From positions 1 through 64,000 of the forward strand of contig NMRA01000400.1 in assembly GCA_002633005.1 (NCBI GenBank): a DNA stretch of 64,000 nt, in the 5' to 3' direction. Source of the DNA: Phoronis australis (lineage: Eukaryota > Animalia > Phoronida). The notes below the pieces were generated by a model that had not been told where the DNA came from, did no database searches, and saw only the letters and a list, made by a program, of their open reading frames with translations. The position numbers and the translations under genes are program-made. Shown here in pieces: positions 49,892 through 63,088 of the stretch (positions are counted from its first letter, which is position 1; every line of letters starts with the position of its first letter).

Positions 49892-50645
49892 TGTCAGAAT
49901 ATGGTCTGACACTATTTTTAGTTGTATTGTTTTGTTATTCTGCTTGACTGGCATGACTCCTGAGTTAAGTACAGTGATGATGTAATTTGTTTACTACAAA
50001 ATAGTGTGGAACTTTCTAGAAGACTGAGGTCAGAACAGTGATGATGTAATTTGTTTACTGCAGTATAGTGTGGAACTTTCTAGAAGACTCTAGCATGACA
50101 GTGATTAGTGCAGTCTGGAATATTCTAGAGACTAGTATATGTTTGTAAAATGGTTGGGTAGATTCAGGAAAGTTCTAGAATGTGCTTGTCGTAAAGTTCC
50201 AGAACAATGCATTAGGCTATAAATACACAAGCACGGGTTTGTGTTAGTGAGATCAAGTCGGGAGATCAAGTCAGTTCAAGAGAAGACCAAGTAAGTTCAA
50301 GAAAGTTAATCAGGAGAACTACAGTTGAGTTTCAGTGAAGAGAATCAGCAGTTACAGCGATAGTCAATAGAGAGCCAGCTATAGAGACAGCAGGTCATTG
50401 AATCGACGAGTGTAACAGTTACTGAACGTGTCTCAGAAGTTCATCACAAGTCAAGGCTTCGCAGCACTGGCTGGAGCATAAACAGACATTACGTCGGGCG
50501 TTTTGTTTGAGTAGGCTTGCGAACGCACGGTCGGGATTAATAAAGGATTAACTCGAACCAGTCTTCAGTCAATCGTCGCACCGAAAGCTATTAGCACCGG
50601 TCTGTAACAACCTGCGCACACCCACACATGGGGAAAAACGTGACA
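49892..50645 (+). mobile_element. Solo LTR of the Gmr1-like family
   Basis: Colinear with 1892-2612; TGTCA...TGACA ends; perfect 5-bp TSD GACAT. Confidence 0.96.
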
Positions 50646-51303
50646 GACATGATTTTTAAAACGTTGGCGAGATTTTTTCAAAATGTTCCCAAGAATTTTT
50701 GAAAAAGTTGGCAACATTTTAGTATAATACTTAACGATTTTTTGTCCTTGGCAACATTCAAAAAAAGTTGACAATTTTTTTAAAGTATTGTCAAAGTCTT
50801 AAACGTTGATGTTGATATTTTCATGATCTTGGAGTGTAAAACTGTGTTGAATTTCATTCGCCTTGGGATTCCACAGTAACGACCAAAACAAAAGGAACAT
50901 TTGTAAATGTCCGAAAGAATGCACGACACCTCTGACCACCTCAGTTACAGCTAAAGCATGCAATTGCAAAACTGATCCACGTTCTTGTTTCTCATCCTCA
51001 CTTACACAATTTATGTGCGATAGTCACAATACACATGTTCTACTAAGCAGAGAGTACCGAAAGATTTCAAGTCGTGTGTTGGCAAAATTAAGCTACAAGA
51101 ACGTCACACCCAGCTCTTTCTCGGAATATCTCGAAGAAACAAGGCTGGAAATTAGAGGAAACAAATTTAAAAACTTTCCTCGAACGAGACACCCTGCACG
51201 AGCGAGCTTATTATTGTGCAACGCTTGGTTGTTTCCAAGTCGTATTTTCATGTGTCTGATTTGGACGTTTTACTGGGAATTGCATTGTTTTTGCAAAGCC
51301 CTG

Positions 51304-51729
51304 TGTCCGGTTGCATGAAACAGTCCCTAATAGGGACTCAACTAAGTTCACTAAAACCTAAGGCGTATTTTTGGACTTGTGAAAACATCGATTGCCCTTT
51401 CTTGTATTGTTTTACTTTCATTACTAAATCAACTTTTGACTTTGATACATATCGAAAGTCAACTCTACGTTGAAATGTCAATATTATCGAAAATAATTAG
51501 GGATCTTTTCATGCAACACCCCCAATTTAAGGACAGAGTCCCTAATTACTTTCGATGAACTCTTGGCTCGGTTTTTAATTATATTATTAGAAAATGTCAT
51601 TTATCAAAGAGGAGCCCGTAATAAAGATGAAATGATAGAAATATATTGCACTTGTGAGTCCATAAAGACACAAATAGTAAAAAGACCTTAGTTGAGACCC
51701 TATTTGGGAATGTTTCATGCAACCGGCTA
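51304..51729. mobile_element. PIF/Harbinger-like MITE
   Basis: ~40-bp TIR ccggttgcatgaaacagtccctaatagggactcaactaag (37/40 match); CTG on both flanks. Confidence 0.75.
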
Positions 51730-52957
51730 CTGAAATCCCATATAAAATGGACTTACTTACCAAAACGAACACGTCGGTCTTCATCTCAATTGAGTAAACT
51801 AGTTTCTGGCCACATAACTCGCTTTTTATGCCGTATATTTCTACATGTACTGTAACTGCGCAATATATAAATGTACTCCAGGCGTGTCATGTGTAGTTGT
51901 TTTTTGTAGGGCTTCTTTAGCTAAGTACGCACATTTAGGTTATTTTTAATCAACTATACATTTTCTATTCTCTTCATTTTGTTGAATGTCCTATTGTTAA
52001 TTGAGGCGTTTAAAACTACACCACAGCTGTATATGAGAACAAAAATATAAACTGAAGATCATTACAATTTGTGTGACAGCAATGCCATGAATGCCTCTTT
52101 TTTGATCACGAACAAAACATAAATCATACTGCACGAACTAGGCGACAAAAGCACAAACCTAAAGAACAATAACTTCTTTAATGCATACGTGCCTTCATAC
52201 ACGACACTATAGATTGGGGCAGAAAGGGACGATAAGGGGAAAGTCGCCACTGAACACCGGGAATTTATTCTCTTTCGGGCGGAGCCACGTGTGAATGTCA
52301 TTAAAAGCAATTTGCCCAACGTAATAAATTACGACTTTTACTGCTGGTACATAAACGATAGGTGTGAGATCTGAACTGATTCATTCTTTATGAACCACAA
52401 ACAGGGTTCTTTTAGTTTCAACTTTGCCTAGACAAGTCATTTATTAAAAACGCTGCTATGACAACAATACTTTACCTAAAATCAACTTTTTAAGCAATTT
52501 TTGTACATTATATAAATATTGAAACAAAAACACAATGAGGTGGTTTACGTCAAAATAAAACTGCTAAGTGAAAGTTCTTACGCTTTTTTTAAAACTTCTA
52601 CAGCTCAGGGTCAACTGACAATCACGCTGTTGACCGCGGTAATGTAATCCCAAGATAGAGGCGTCTCTCGTTTCGCAATGGGCGATTCCGGCAAACGCAA
52701 TAAGGACAAGCTTAGCATATTAGGCATGCAAAAGGTTATGAACGATATGTTTTTGGTTATTTTTCTCCAAAACATTTTGAGCAGTATCATCAAGATGGGC
52801 CCTGAAGATGCGAACAACTGCTCCACCCAGCGGCATATTCAAAGATTATCGGAAGCTCATTTATAGGTTACAGCAACCCACTGATACAATAAATTTTCGT
52901 TCAGACAAGATATTGGCTACGCTTACTGGTTCGCAATGTGCCACAGCACAAAAAACA

Positions 52958-53063
52958 ATGGCAAATACTACTTCCGCGCAATTTTACTTTTTTCAAAGTC
53001 TTTTATTGACCGATGGTGTTCTAGTGTTAAGTGTCTTGGTTGACGTTTCCGTAAGTCACGCAG
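52958..53063 (+). CDS. Putative first exon with a signal-peptide-like sequence
   Basis: aaaacaATGG; MANTTSAQFYFFQSLLLTDGVLVLSVLVDVSVSHA; donors TCC|gtaagt (53050) and CAG|gtgagt (53063). Confidence 0.45.
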
Positions 53064-54239
53064 GTGAGTGGTACTTGACATTAGATGGTTAGGAAAAAAG
53101 ATAATGTGAAGCGTTGAGAGGATAAATTTCTTTCATTTTGTGCTTGATAATCCAGAAATCAATCGATGATGCTTTGCACAGGCGTATATTCATCTAATCG
53201 TAACCCTTAAGTTTACAAGATGCTTTTATTGCGCTCAGTATATCGTTGATATGCATTGCAAGTGCACTCCCGTTCACAACCATAGTTTGTGGGACAAAGA
53301 TGACGGACTATCGATTTGACAGGAATTATTAGCTTGAGTGACACGATGGAACTACCCATTGTTACAGTGAGCTTTTCAAACGTATTTTACAGGTCTAAAA
53401 TATACTTATATAAGTGACGAAATCAAAAAGTTTACATTACACACAAAATTTATTGTTGACAAGAGAATACAATACAATACAATACAATAACATTACAATA
53501 ATTAACTGCTTAGAGTCTAAAAATGATAAGAGACCTGCCAAACATCAGATACATCTAGAAAAATTAAAACTTAAATATAATGAAAAAGATAGATGATAAA
53601 AACGTCGTATCAACACTAAAACAAAGTTTCGGTATTAAATTTCCAAGTTTAACTAATGGCACCCGTGAAACTAAAATTGACAGTCATGCAGAGATAACGT
53701 CCATGCGCGATCATTAGTCATAGGGCAAATCGTGTGAATTTCAGTCTGGAAAGTGATTAGCCGTATGGCTGGAGCTAATTCGTGCGCAGACTGTGGATAC
53801 CTACAAGTAAAGGCAAGATTTGGCGCTACGAAAATGACAAAAGTGTTCCGGAAAAGGCGCACGAACTTCGTTGGCGGAAGCAATATCAAATTTGGTGGCC
53901 AATATACAAGTCCATCATTTTGAATATGACAGAGTGAACAAACCACTTCACGTGCATTGTAAGTGGACCAGAGAGTAATTGCTGTTAAAAAGTCGCAATA
54001 TTAAGCCATTCCCAAAATGTTCACGAATGCCACAAACTCGTTTTTCTTGAGAACCACCTAATATGCTCAGTTTCAATACCTTGAAAGGTCCGCCACGTTT
54101 TCACAAAATGCACACTTGTGTCAGTACTGCATCTATACTGTTAGTTAGCCCTCGATATACAGAAGTCTTTACATAATTTCATTAAAATTATCATTATTAT
54201 TATTATTATCATTATTATTATTATTATTATTATTATTAC

Positions 54240-55480
54240 AAGGGCATCATTATTCCCCAGTCGATGCAGCTGGAAGGGCTCAGCCAACTCCACCAAGGTC
54301 ATTTAGATGTAACAAAATGCCGAGAAAGAGCCCAAGAATCGATCTGGTGGCCACTCATCAGCAAACAGAATGAGACAGTGTACAAACAGGGCTTACCCTG
54401 TGCTCTTCACAGGCCTGAGGTGAAGGAACCTCAGGTGCCTTCATCCTTTCCAACCCGACCATGGGAAAGCGATGGAACAGACTTGTTCGAACTGAGCTAA
54501 CAAACGTACAATCCTTGTAGTAGACTACTACTCACGTTGGATCAAAGTCCAAAGACGTACTCAGACAACAGCACAATATGCTATAGAAGCCTTGAAGTCG
54601 ATCTTTAGCCCTCATGGGATTCCCGACATAGTAGTGTCTGACAATGGTCCCCAGTATTCCTGCAAAAGGTTCGAGAGATTCGCTAAAGATTACGGTTTCG
54701 TTCACGTAACGTCTTCGCCTCTCTACCCGCACTCCAACGGAGAAGCCGAGCGCCCTGTCCAAGCTGCAAAGGACATCGTGTGGAAAAATACAGAACCCCA
54801 TCTACGGTTCCTTGCATACCGATCAACACCCATTCACAACAGAAAATCGACGAGTCAACTGCTCATGTTCAGACGTATCTGAACGACTTTGCCGATAATT
54901 CCTATAGCCTTCCTCCAAAGTTCCACTGATGATCAGCCCATAAGAGCAAAAGAAGCTCAACTTAACAAAAGTAAAAAAGCGAATTTTGATCGCTGACACT
55001 GAACAGTGTCCCTCCCATTATTGGATGTTGGAGACCAGGTCTGTGTACGCGACCAAGAGAAATTCGGAGAGGGGAGAGTTCTGCAAACCCGAGGTCTTAG
55101 TTCGTCGTCACCGAATCCGGCTTTACAATTCGCCGTAAAAGATCAACCCTGATCCATGCTGGAAATATGAGTAACGCTACACCGGAATTGAAAACAACCA
55201 TCGAGACTACCCCACCACCACCTTCAACCCCGGTACTAGCTCAACTAGAGGTTAACTCCCCTCCTACTCAAGAACTACGACGCTTTCAACGTGTTATCAA
55301 ACCAGTGGACTGGCTGAATCTTTAAACATTTGTGAAGTGACAATCGTTGACTCTAGTTTCAAGGAAACACATTTGATTAATTTTAAGCACTCAGTGATGA
55401 GGACATTAACTTAGTTTAAAGTCTTTAAAGACATTTATTACTTATAGTCTTAACATATGTTCTTAAACTATCTTGGGGAG
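54240..55480 (+). mobile_element. Gypsy integrase 3' remnant (canonical, K02A2.6/Mag-like)
   Basis: LHQGHL..KCRERAQESIWWP; RPWE..GTDLF; VDYYS; VSDNGPQY; SSPLYPHSNGEAER; ends in a PPT-like ggggag. Confidence 0.85.
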
Positions 55481-56099
55481 TATTATATCTCTCTAGAGTT
55501 TAGAGATAAATATATTGAGTTCCAGTTCGACCTCCATGAATGTTGTTTATACATTCAGGTACTTTCAGTGAAATTACTGTAATTTTATGTGTTCTACCGA
55601 CAGAGTCTTGGAGAGTCCAATTTGGATAAGGACCGTCAAATGGGTTTTGAAGGCGTTGTTCTGTGGAGTTGGCAATTCGTTCGTGGGCATGAAGAACCCT
55701 CAGTCTGAGCAAAAGGTAGTAAGTACTCTTGCCCAGCAATGCTACTACTAGCTCGGGGAGTTCACTACAGAAGAAACAAAGTGCTACGAAAGGCTGGTTT
55801 ACCCGGACCAGTAACGACATCGTTGCAGCATGTCACGAGGTCCATGTTGACAAAATAACTGTTGAAAGTCTGTTACGTGAATTTGGCAAAATATAGCATT
55901 TGACGAGTGTGCAGATAAATATTTCGAACATATCGACAACGAACAACTTGGCGCCAAAATGGAATCACTGGCGGCTTACCGAAAAGCTAGTTTCCAATAT
56001 GTAAAGGGGAGACCTTGCAAAGTCTGAATCTAGGTCAAGATAAAAATAGTGACGACCACAGTGAACACAGCATGTCGGGTTCAACAGGTGAAGATAATA

Positions 56100-57043
56100 G
56101 CAATTTAAAGAAGGTTGCGTTTTGTTAAAGTTGCCGAAGTTCAGCGGTAACGCCTAAGAGTGGCAGCCATTTTCTGACAAGTTTGAGGCTATTATTTATC
56201 AGAACACAAGTTTCCAGAGGTTAGTAACTTTTCATATTTGAAAAGTTTATTGGAAAGCCAGGCATTAGCACTGACGTCAAAAATCATGGACACGCCCTTA
56301 AAATGTTGGACAGTCCTTATGGCAGAAAGGAAAAACTAATTTTTCCCACATGCTAGATTTGTTAATTTTGTCTATAGCATCACAGAACGCCAACAACGCC
56401 ACCACTTTGGCGTCCCATACGATAAGCAGGGTTGGTATTTTACCGCGAAGAAGCATAAAATGTAAAAAAGAAGAGTCGGTAGTATCCGAAACAGGGGAAA
56501 AGAAGACAAAATGGCGGCGCACGTGTCGGCCATGCTTCTACGGGGTTGCCAACAGCAAAAACTCAACAAGTGAAGTTGCCAAAGATAGAATTACCACGGT
56601 TCGGTGGTGACTTAACTGCATGGAAGTCCTTTTGGGATCAGTTCACGGCAGTAATCCATGAGAACAATAGTGTTCCAGTCATCAGTCAACAAATTTTCCT
56701 ACCTTCAGAGTTTACTGGAAGACGAGGCAAAGCAAGTCATAGAAAGACTACTTCTGACTCAGGAACACTATGACATTGCGAGAAAGTTATGTCAGACAGA
56801 TACGGAAAACCAGAGAGGATTATATTTGCACTTATTGAGGCATTGTTGGCTCTTTATCCGCCACCCGTGGCGAGGCTTGACCTGCTTAGAAAAATGCAGA
56901 ACAGTCTCTTAGGACATGTAAGGAGTTTAGAAGCCCTTGGAGCAGATGGTGCTTCGTATGGTCTTATTCTAAATCCTCTCTTACTCTCTCGCCTGCCCTC
57001 GGAGCTACGGATGGAGTGGGCGAGAGACGGAGATTCTTGTAAC
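56100..57043 (+). mobile_element. Two tandem BEL/Pao gag (DUF1759-like) remnants
   Basis: LPKFSGNA*EWQPFSDKFEAII and KLPKIELPRFGGDLTAWKSFWDQFTAVIH..KFSYLQSLL..RYGKPERII..LLSRLP. Confidence 0.8.
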
Positions 57044-57779
57044 TGACCCCCAAAAGTTAGGATACAATGTTCCGATCATAGACTCTTAAGGTCACGTGAT
57101 ACATATCCAGACTCCTTAATTTCTGTTATATTTTTTATTTTGAAATAAAGATCAAGCCACACTTTTTTCTTTTACTTTAGCATTAACACTACAAATACTT
57201 TCAGTCACTCGTGTGATAACTTCGACGTTGTAGTTGCACAAGTAAAGCATTTGCGAAATTAATTCAGCGGAAAGTGGAAACAGATTGGACTTGAATTCAC
57301 TAACAAGCTAATCTTAAAACAATACAGTAGTGGTTGTGATTGCCAAGAGCTTCAAATAATCGTTTACCTGTCAATTATCCCCGAATCACGAATATATTGT
57401 GGTAAGATGGAGTTCCTAGTTGTCTCTTTTGTTTAATTTTACCGCATATGTACACATTTTGATGCTTGCTTCTAAATGTGAATCTGGTGCGCCTGTATTT
57501 CAATGCTTGAACTTGTGAACAAAGATTATACTTGGAGACAAAATATTATGCATGTTTCCCCATTGATGAACAGTGACTCACTAAAGCGCCACGTTAAATC
57601 ATAATTAGTCTTCTGCTCAATGCTGGCTGTTCAGTTACAAAGAAAATATTTATGATCCCTTGTCGAGGGATAAGGTATTTGCATATACCCAAATTAAGGC
57701 ACCTGCACCTATATGCGAAAACTTAAGCAAAAACTAAAGAAAAATACACTCTATTACTGTCTCTTAAAAATTGTTTCAG

Positions 57780-58043
57780 GACATCCCTGATGATGACATC
57801 CGCGAAAATCTAACAACAAAGGCAAACGATGCTCCAAAGATAGTATTGTTTATGCATGCAGATAGTCACAGACCTCTTTATTGTGTACGGCACAGTGCAT
57901 ATAGAGCTGGACAAGGGTGGTCTCCTTGCTGCTCTTTTTACCTGTTGGCTACCTTAGTCTTGGCTCCTCTCCAGCAGTTTGTAACGGAGGAACCTTATAG
58001 AAAGAAATCGAGTAAGGATTTAAAGTTGTGTGACGTGATTTGA
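57780..58043 (+). pseudogene. Putative terminal exon with a degenerate knottin-like motif
   Basis: Acceptor ttgtttcag; acidic pro-like DIPDDDIREN; CVRHSAYRAGQGWSPCC; further Cys in shifted frames (FTCW, PAVCNGG); AATAAA at 58126. Confidence 0.35.
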
Positions 58044-58358
58044 TGAAATAGAAGTATTTCTTGGCTACATTTATGTCTTGTGACATGATATTGATGCACA
58101 CTTCTCAGTATTTAATGGCTTGTTTAATAAAGATGACATATGTGCGATCCATGGTGTCTTCAACTTTAATTAGTGTCCATCTTGACTATCAGCACGAGCT
58201 TATTATTACAATAGAATGTCTTTTTTATGATTAGTCCTCTTCGTAGTTGCATGACACCTTGGTAGCCCTGGCATGCAGTGTTTATATTCGAGTTTCTGTG
58301 AAAACCTAATTGTGTATGAACATGGGCAAACCTAAATTATATTCACCACCATTGGAAT

Positions 58359-61170
58359 TGTTATGCTCGTGGTTTTCACTAGAATTGCAGAGTTCAAAAC
58401 ATAACCTTATATGGCACTCGTAGCTAGAATCATATATTGTTCACGTCAAGTTGCACAAAACAATTCTCTCTCAGGAGCCAATGGTCTCTAGTTCTGACAA
58501 ACAAGTTTTCAGTTGAGAGTTAGACAGCATAGATGTACGGTATCTTGTAGATCTCTCGAATATACCCAGTTAAAACCGTAACACAGAGTTGTGTTAGAGG
58601 TTTTCATACAAGGCGACAGCGAACTCATTGGTTTTAGAGTTAAAACCAGTGGCACACTGATTAGTGTTGGAGACATTCTTCAATGGTATCGACATGAATA
58701 CAGGAACTGACAAATTCCTATCTGCAAGCAAACCACCACAGACACTGGATTTGTCCGCCGCTGACAGAATCGGAAAGTGGGAACTGTGGAGACAACAGTG
58801 GACTAATTATGCCCTTTTGTCGAAGCTCAATGGACAATCTGGAGAGTACAAACTGGCAATGTTTATAAACTGCATTGGCACGGACGCTCTGAGAACTTAC
58901 GACAGCTTTACATTCTATGGCGAGAAGACCGTCGCAACAACCATTACCCGCATTGATGACCGCATCATTGGTCAGAAAAACGTCACATATGTAAGGTATT
59001 TGTTCAACTCTTTGAAGCAACAAGATTTTTTCTTGACAAACCTACGACATTTGCAGAGCACCTGTCAATTTTGCTACTGCATGAAAGACACCTTGCTCAG
59101 AGACAGAATTGTAACGGGCATTGACAATGATGAACTGAGAAAAACTTTGTTAGAAGTTCAAGATTTGAGCCGATAGCATTTGCGAGCAGAGCATTGAGTG
59201 ACGTAGAAACACGACATGCACAACTAGAAAAGGAAATGCTTGCGATAACCTGGAGTGTGGAGATATTCCATCAGTACACGTTTGGGAGAACGACTTAGTC
59301 AGCGATCATAAACCACTTGAGAGCATCATGAAGAAAAGCCTTGCCTGTGTACCGAAACGACTTCAAGGCATAATGATGCGGCTACAGAAGTATGATCTAG
59401 TCGTAACATACTGCCAAGGAGAGCAAATGTATCTCGCTGATACTTTATTTAGAGTATATATGCCTACCACAGAGGGGCGCAACAAGAATGAGTTTGAATG
59501 TGTGAATGCCACACAGCTCTTCGGAATAACTGATTCGAGACTAGAACCGATCAGAAGAGCAACAGAGGCTGATCAAAGTTTGACTGCTTTGAAATCAGTC
59601 ATCCAAGAAGGCTGGCCTGACGAAAAGGCACGAGTATCACCACTGGCGCAACCGTATTTCTCTGTCAGAGATGAGCTAGCTATACATGAAGGTATAATTT
59701 TCCGACGTGAACGTGTCGTGGTGCCAGCCAGCCAAAGGCGTACACTCAAAGAAAAGATTCACTCCTCACATCTTGGAATAGATGGATGCCTGAGACGGAC
59801 GAGAGAATCTATCTACTACTGAGCCGAGTATGACAGCAGAGATAAGAGAATATATTTCTGGCTGCGACACATTCAGAAAATTCGAGACGGCAAACTCCCA
59901 AGAACCATGGATGAGCCATGATCTGCCTGACAGACAATGGGACAAGTTGCAACTTTTTTGTTCACATTCAATGGCAGAGAATATTTGATAGTTGTCGATT
60001 ATTACAGTAATTTCTGGGAAGTACGACGACTTCACAGCACGAGCGCAACAGCTGTAATTGAGAAGCTGAGTAGAAGAACCAAAACTTTGCTGCCAACAGC
60101 CACTTGATTAGTCAAACCTGAAGTAGTTAGTCAGAAGCACACCGATCGTGACCTGAAGCATAAACAACACAGACAAGCACATTATTACAACAAATGCGCG
60201 AAGGACTTGTCTGTTTTGGAAGAGGGAGATTCTGTGCATTTGCAACCCTTTACACTTGGTCAGAAAGAATGGACCAAAGGTACCATTTTGAAATGGCTTG
60301 ACGAGCGATAGTACTCTATTCAAAAGATGAAACCCCGACACTAAATGTAGTTCGCCGAAATCGCCAACAAATAAAGCCATCAAAAGAAGTCAGACAGGCT
60401 GAGCCTACAGACAACAAGTCAGAAAACAGGGTTGATGAAAAATCAATCAAAGAGAGATCCGACCCACACACCAACATCAAAACTGAAGTAAGACATAACC
60501 AGCCTGTGACCACCAGATCTGGGAGAGTGATTAAACCACTTGTGAAATACACACAGCCGAGGAAACTGGTCAGAATAATACCAATCACTGTAATTGTTTT
60601 TGTCACCCTGACAGTATACCAGAGTTGACTGAATGATCCTCAGAAGCTATTTACTACTGTTTACTAGGATGATCCATTAGTACCCTGTGTTTGTTTTGAT
60701 TCCAGAACACTGACACTATCCCTTAATGGAATTAAGCAGTTTGCTTACTAACACTAATTTGTAGCTATGCTTGAATTTGTATCTTATGATAAACCAAATA
60801 CATCTGTCTTCTATTAACCAAACTGGACACCACTGTATAATCTGTACTGTGATTGAAGACTGAATGAAGAACTTTAGATATAAACACTGGACCGTAAGTA
60901 AGAACTTTCAGAGAAGGGAGAATGTTATATTGGTGGTTTTCACAAGAATTGCAGAGTTTAAAACATAACCTTATATGGCACTGGTAGCTTGAATCATAGA
61001 TTGCGTAAGTTGTGCAAAACAATTATCTGAAAACTAATTATGACTCATGACCATATGATCTCTAGTTCTGACAAACAAGTTTTCAGTAGAGAGTTAGACA
61101 GCATAGTGAATAGATGTAGTAGATCTTTCGAATGTACCCACCTAAAACTGTAACACAAGAGTTGTGAACA
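58359..61170 (+). mobile_element. Internally deleted Gypsy LTR element (LTRs ~58359-58610 and ~60923-61170)
   Basis: Two related ~250-bp LTRs starting TGTTAT; PPT agagaagggagaa; gag (WELWRQQW..LRDRIVTGI) joined directly to the RNase H end (PIAFASRAL..EKEMLAI), then the integrase zinc finger. Confidence 0.85.
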
Positions 61171-61964
61171 ATTAAGAACAACACACAATAGGCAGTTGTT
61201 TTCAGTGACTGACAGCTCTGTCAGTGGTCCATCAGTTGAACACCTCCAGTCAATGAAAACATGATTAATGACATGACAATGAATTTAAATACTATTGGCA
61301 ATATATAACTGAAATTAAGTGATTCCAAGCTCAATAAGACAAGGAATACATGTCCCAGGCTCAATGACGTAAGTCTAAAGACATAGAGTTCGAATGAAGT
61401 GAAATTTGGAACATGGAATCATGTTCCAGAATTAAATTAGAACACTATGACTGAAATGAAAGGACACTGAATGTTGAAGCTCACCAATTTCTGACTTGCA
61501 TATCTGGGTTGGCTTTCAGGTCCTTAACCAGATGTCATTTATGTTTGTTTACACTTAGTTGCTATGGCAATTTGGACAATCAAAATTGTCTACCTTGCAT
61601 TAACTTTAGATAAACCCTGGCCACTGGTTGTGTGTTACTCAGCTCAACACTACATTATAAATAATTGATAATATAATACGATGTTAATACTATAGCAATG
61701 GTGCATATTGCTGCTTGGCTGCCAGTGCTTAGAGCGTGGACGCCGGCTTCTAACATGGCTCTGTCGTCAAACCTAAAATTACACTGATACCGGTTGAATG
61801 ACCATAAGTCTTCATTTTACACAACATTTAAATGAAACAGAATCTAAGAAAAATAAGATCTTAACTTCTTCAGGGCTTGGAAATAAGCATGACAATTTAA
61901 AATAAGCATAAAGTTTCACATACACACATGATTTTTCCAACACGGCCACACAACCAGAGCACTA

Positions 61965-62146
61965 TCAGCAGCGAACTGTGGCGCAGATTTTGAATGGATC
62001 AGGCACGAATGTTATAGATGTGGCCCCTTCTTCTGACAGCTTTTCTACGCCAGGAGGTGGCGTTATACGGAAGCGATGGATGATACTTGTGAAAAAGAGA
62101 AACAGCTCCTGTTTTGCCAACTGTTGGCCGAGACAAACCCGAGGCC
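61965..62146 (-). CDS. Cytochrome P450 (clan 2-like), last exon
   Basis: Acceptor ttccctttcag; G-PRVCLGQQLAKQELFLFFTSIIHRF...PFKICATVRC*; completes the heme motif FGLGPRVCLG. Confidence 0.95.
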
Positions 62147-62582
62147 CTGAAAGGGAAGAAAGATGCCACCTTAAACAGGCTACTTTGTTTGATCATTTTT
62201 ATCACGATAAAAGATTAGTTAATATATGAACATGTCAACAATTTTTATCATCAGTATGACAGTTTTACACCATATTGAAAACAAATGCACCAACAACGAC
62301 ATTTCAATATTAGGCAAAATATCATCTTCAGACACAATAATCACACAGAATGGAGCACAATATGGTGCTCATTCCATCAACACTGGCAACACAGCATGGT
62401 TTACTGAGGTCAAACTTCTTGATTGTGGCAATTACGATGTCCAACAACTGGTGACGCAGCTAACATATACGCACTCCCTGCTGAGCATACAGGCTGGAGT
62501 TGTGATAGACAGTTGTTACTTGACAGATACTAGGTGCACCATGTTGTAAAGTGAGCAATCTGTTTATGGTATTCTGTGAAGT

Positions 62583-62670
62583 GGCAGTGTTGCCTGGTGT
62601 GAGGCCATGAGTTCGAGTCCTACTGGGTCACACTGCTAAACCCTTGAGTCAGGTTTCTAGCTCCTCAGCT
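62583..62670 (+). mobile_element. Truncated tRNA-SINE copy in a CYP intron
   Basis: B box GTTCGAGTCC, then cccttgagtcaggtttctagctcct as in the SINE at 37179-37394. Confidence 0.65.
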
Positions 62671-62949
62671 TGGTTTTAACTGTATGTCAATCAAACATAA
62701 ATGGTTCCAGCTTATCAGCACAATGGGCCCACATGCCCGGCCTGTGCACGTCTGGTACAACATAGTATTCAGTTCTACTCAGTTTGACTATTGTATCTGA
62801 GGATGATGCACGCCTAACACCGAAACTAATCTGGTGGCGAATTTGGCTTCTGCCCAGCCGTCATACGGGCAATTCCATGTCATTTTATAACCTGGTGAAT
62901 ACTTTTGGCTTGCACTGTATGCGTCATTAAAACACAGCAACTGCATTAC

Positions 62950-63088
62950 CTAAACCAAACAGTATCAGGCGATCTGACTCTGCTCGGAGGAGAGTGCCAT
63001 CTTCTCCTAAAAATCTCTCGGGTCGAAGCATCTCAGGTTCAGGAAACGTGGCAGCATTGTGATTTACCGAATACAGGTTACAAGAAAT
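62950..63088 (-). CDS. Cytochrome P450, penultimate exon
   Basis: ISCNLYSVNHNAATFPEPEMLRPERFLGEDG...LILFGL; PERF motif; AG/GT boundaries in compatible phase. Confidence 0.95.

Noticed and set aside
47460-52200. Several candidate first exons for the Cys-rich precursor (e.g. MKHLAHGFLL near 48287, MKA near 52197)
   Set aside because: Each has the wrong phase, a weak donor or an implausibly short intron; none could be supported.
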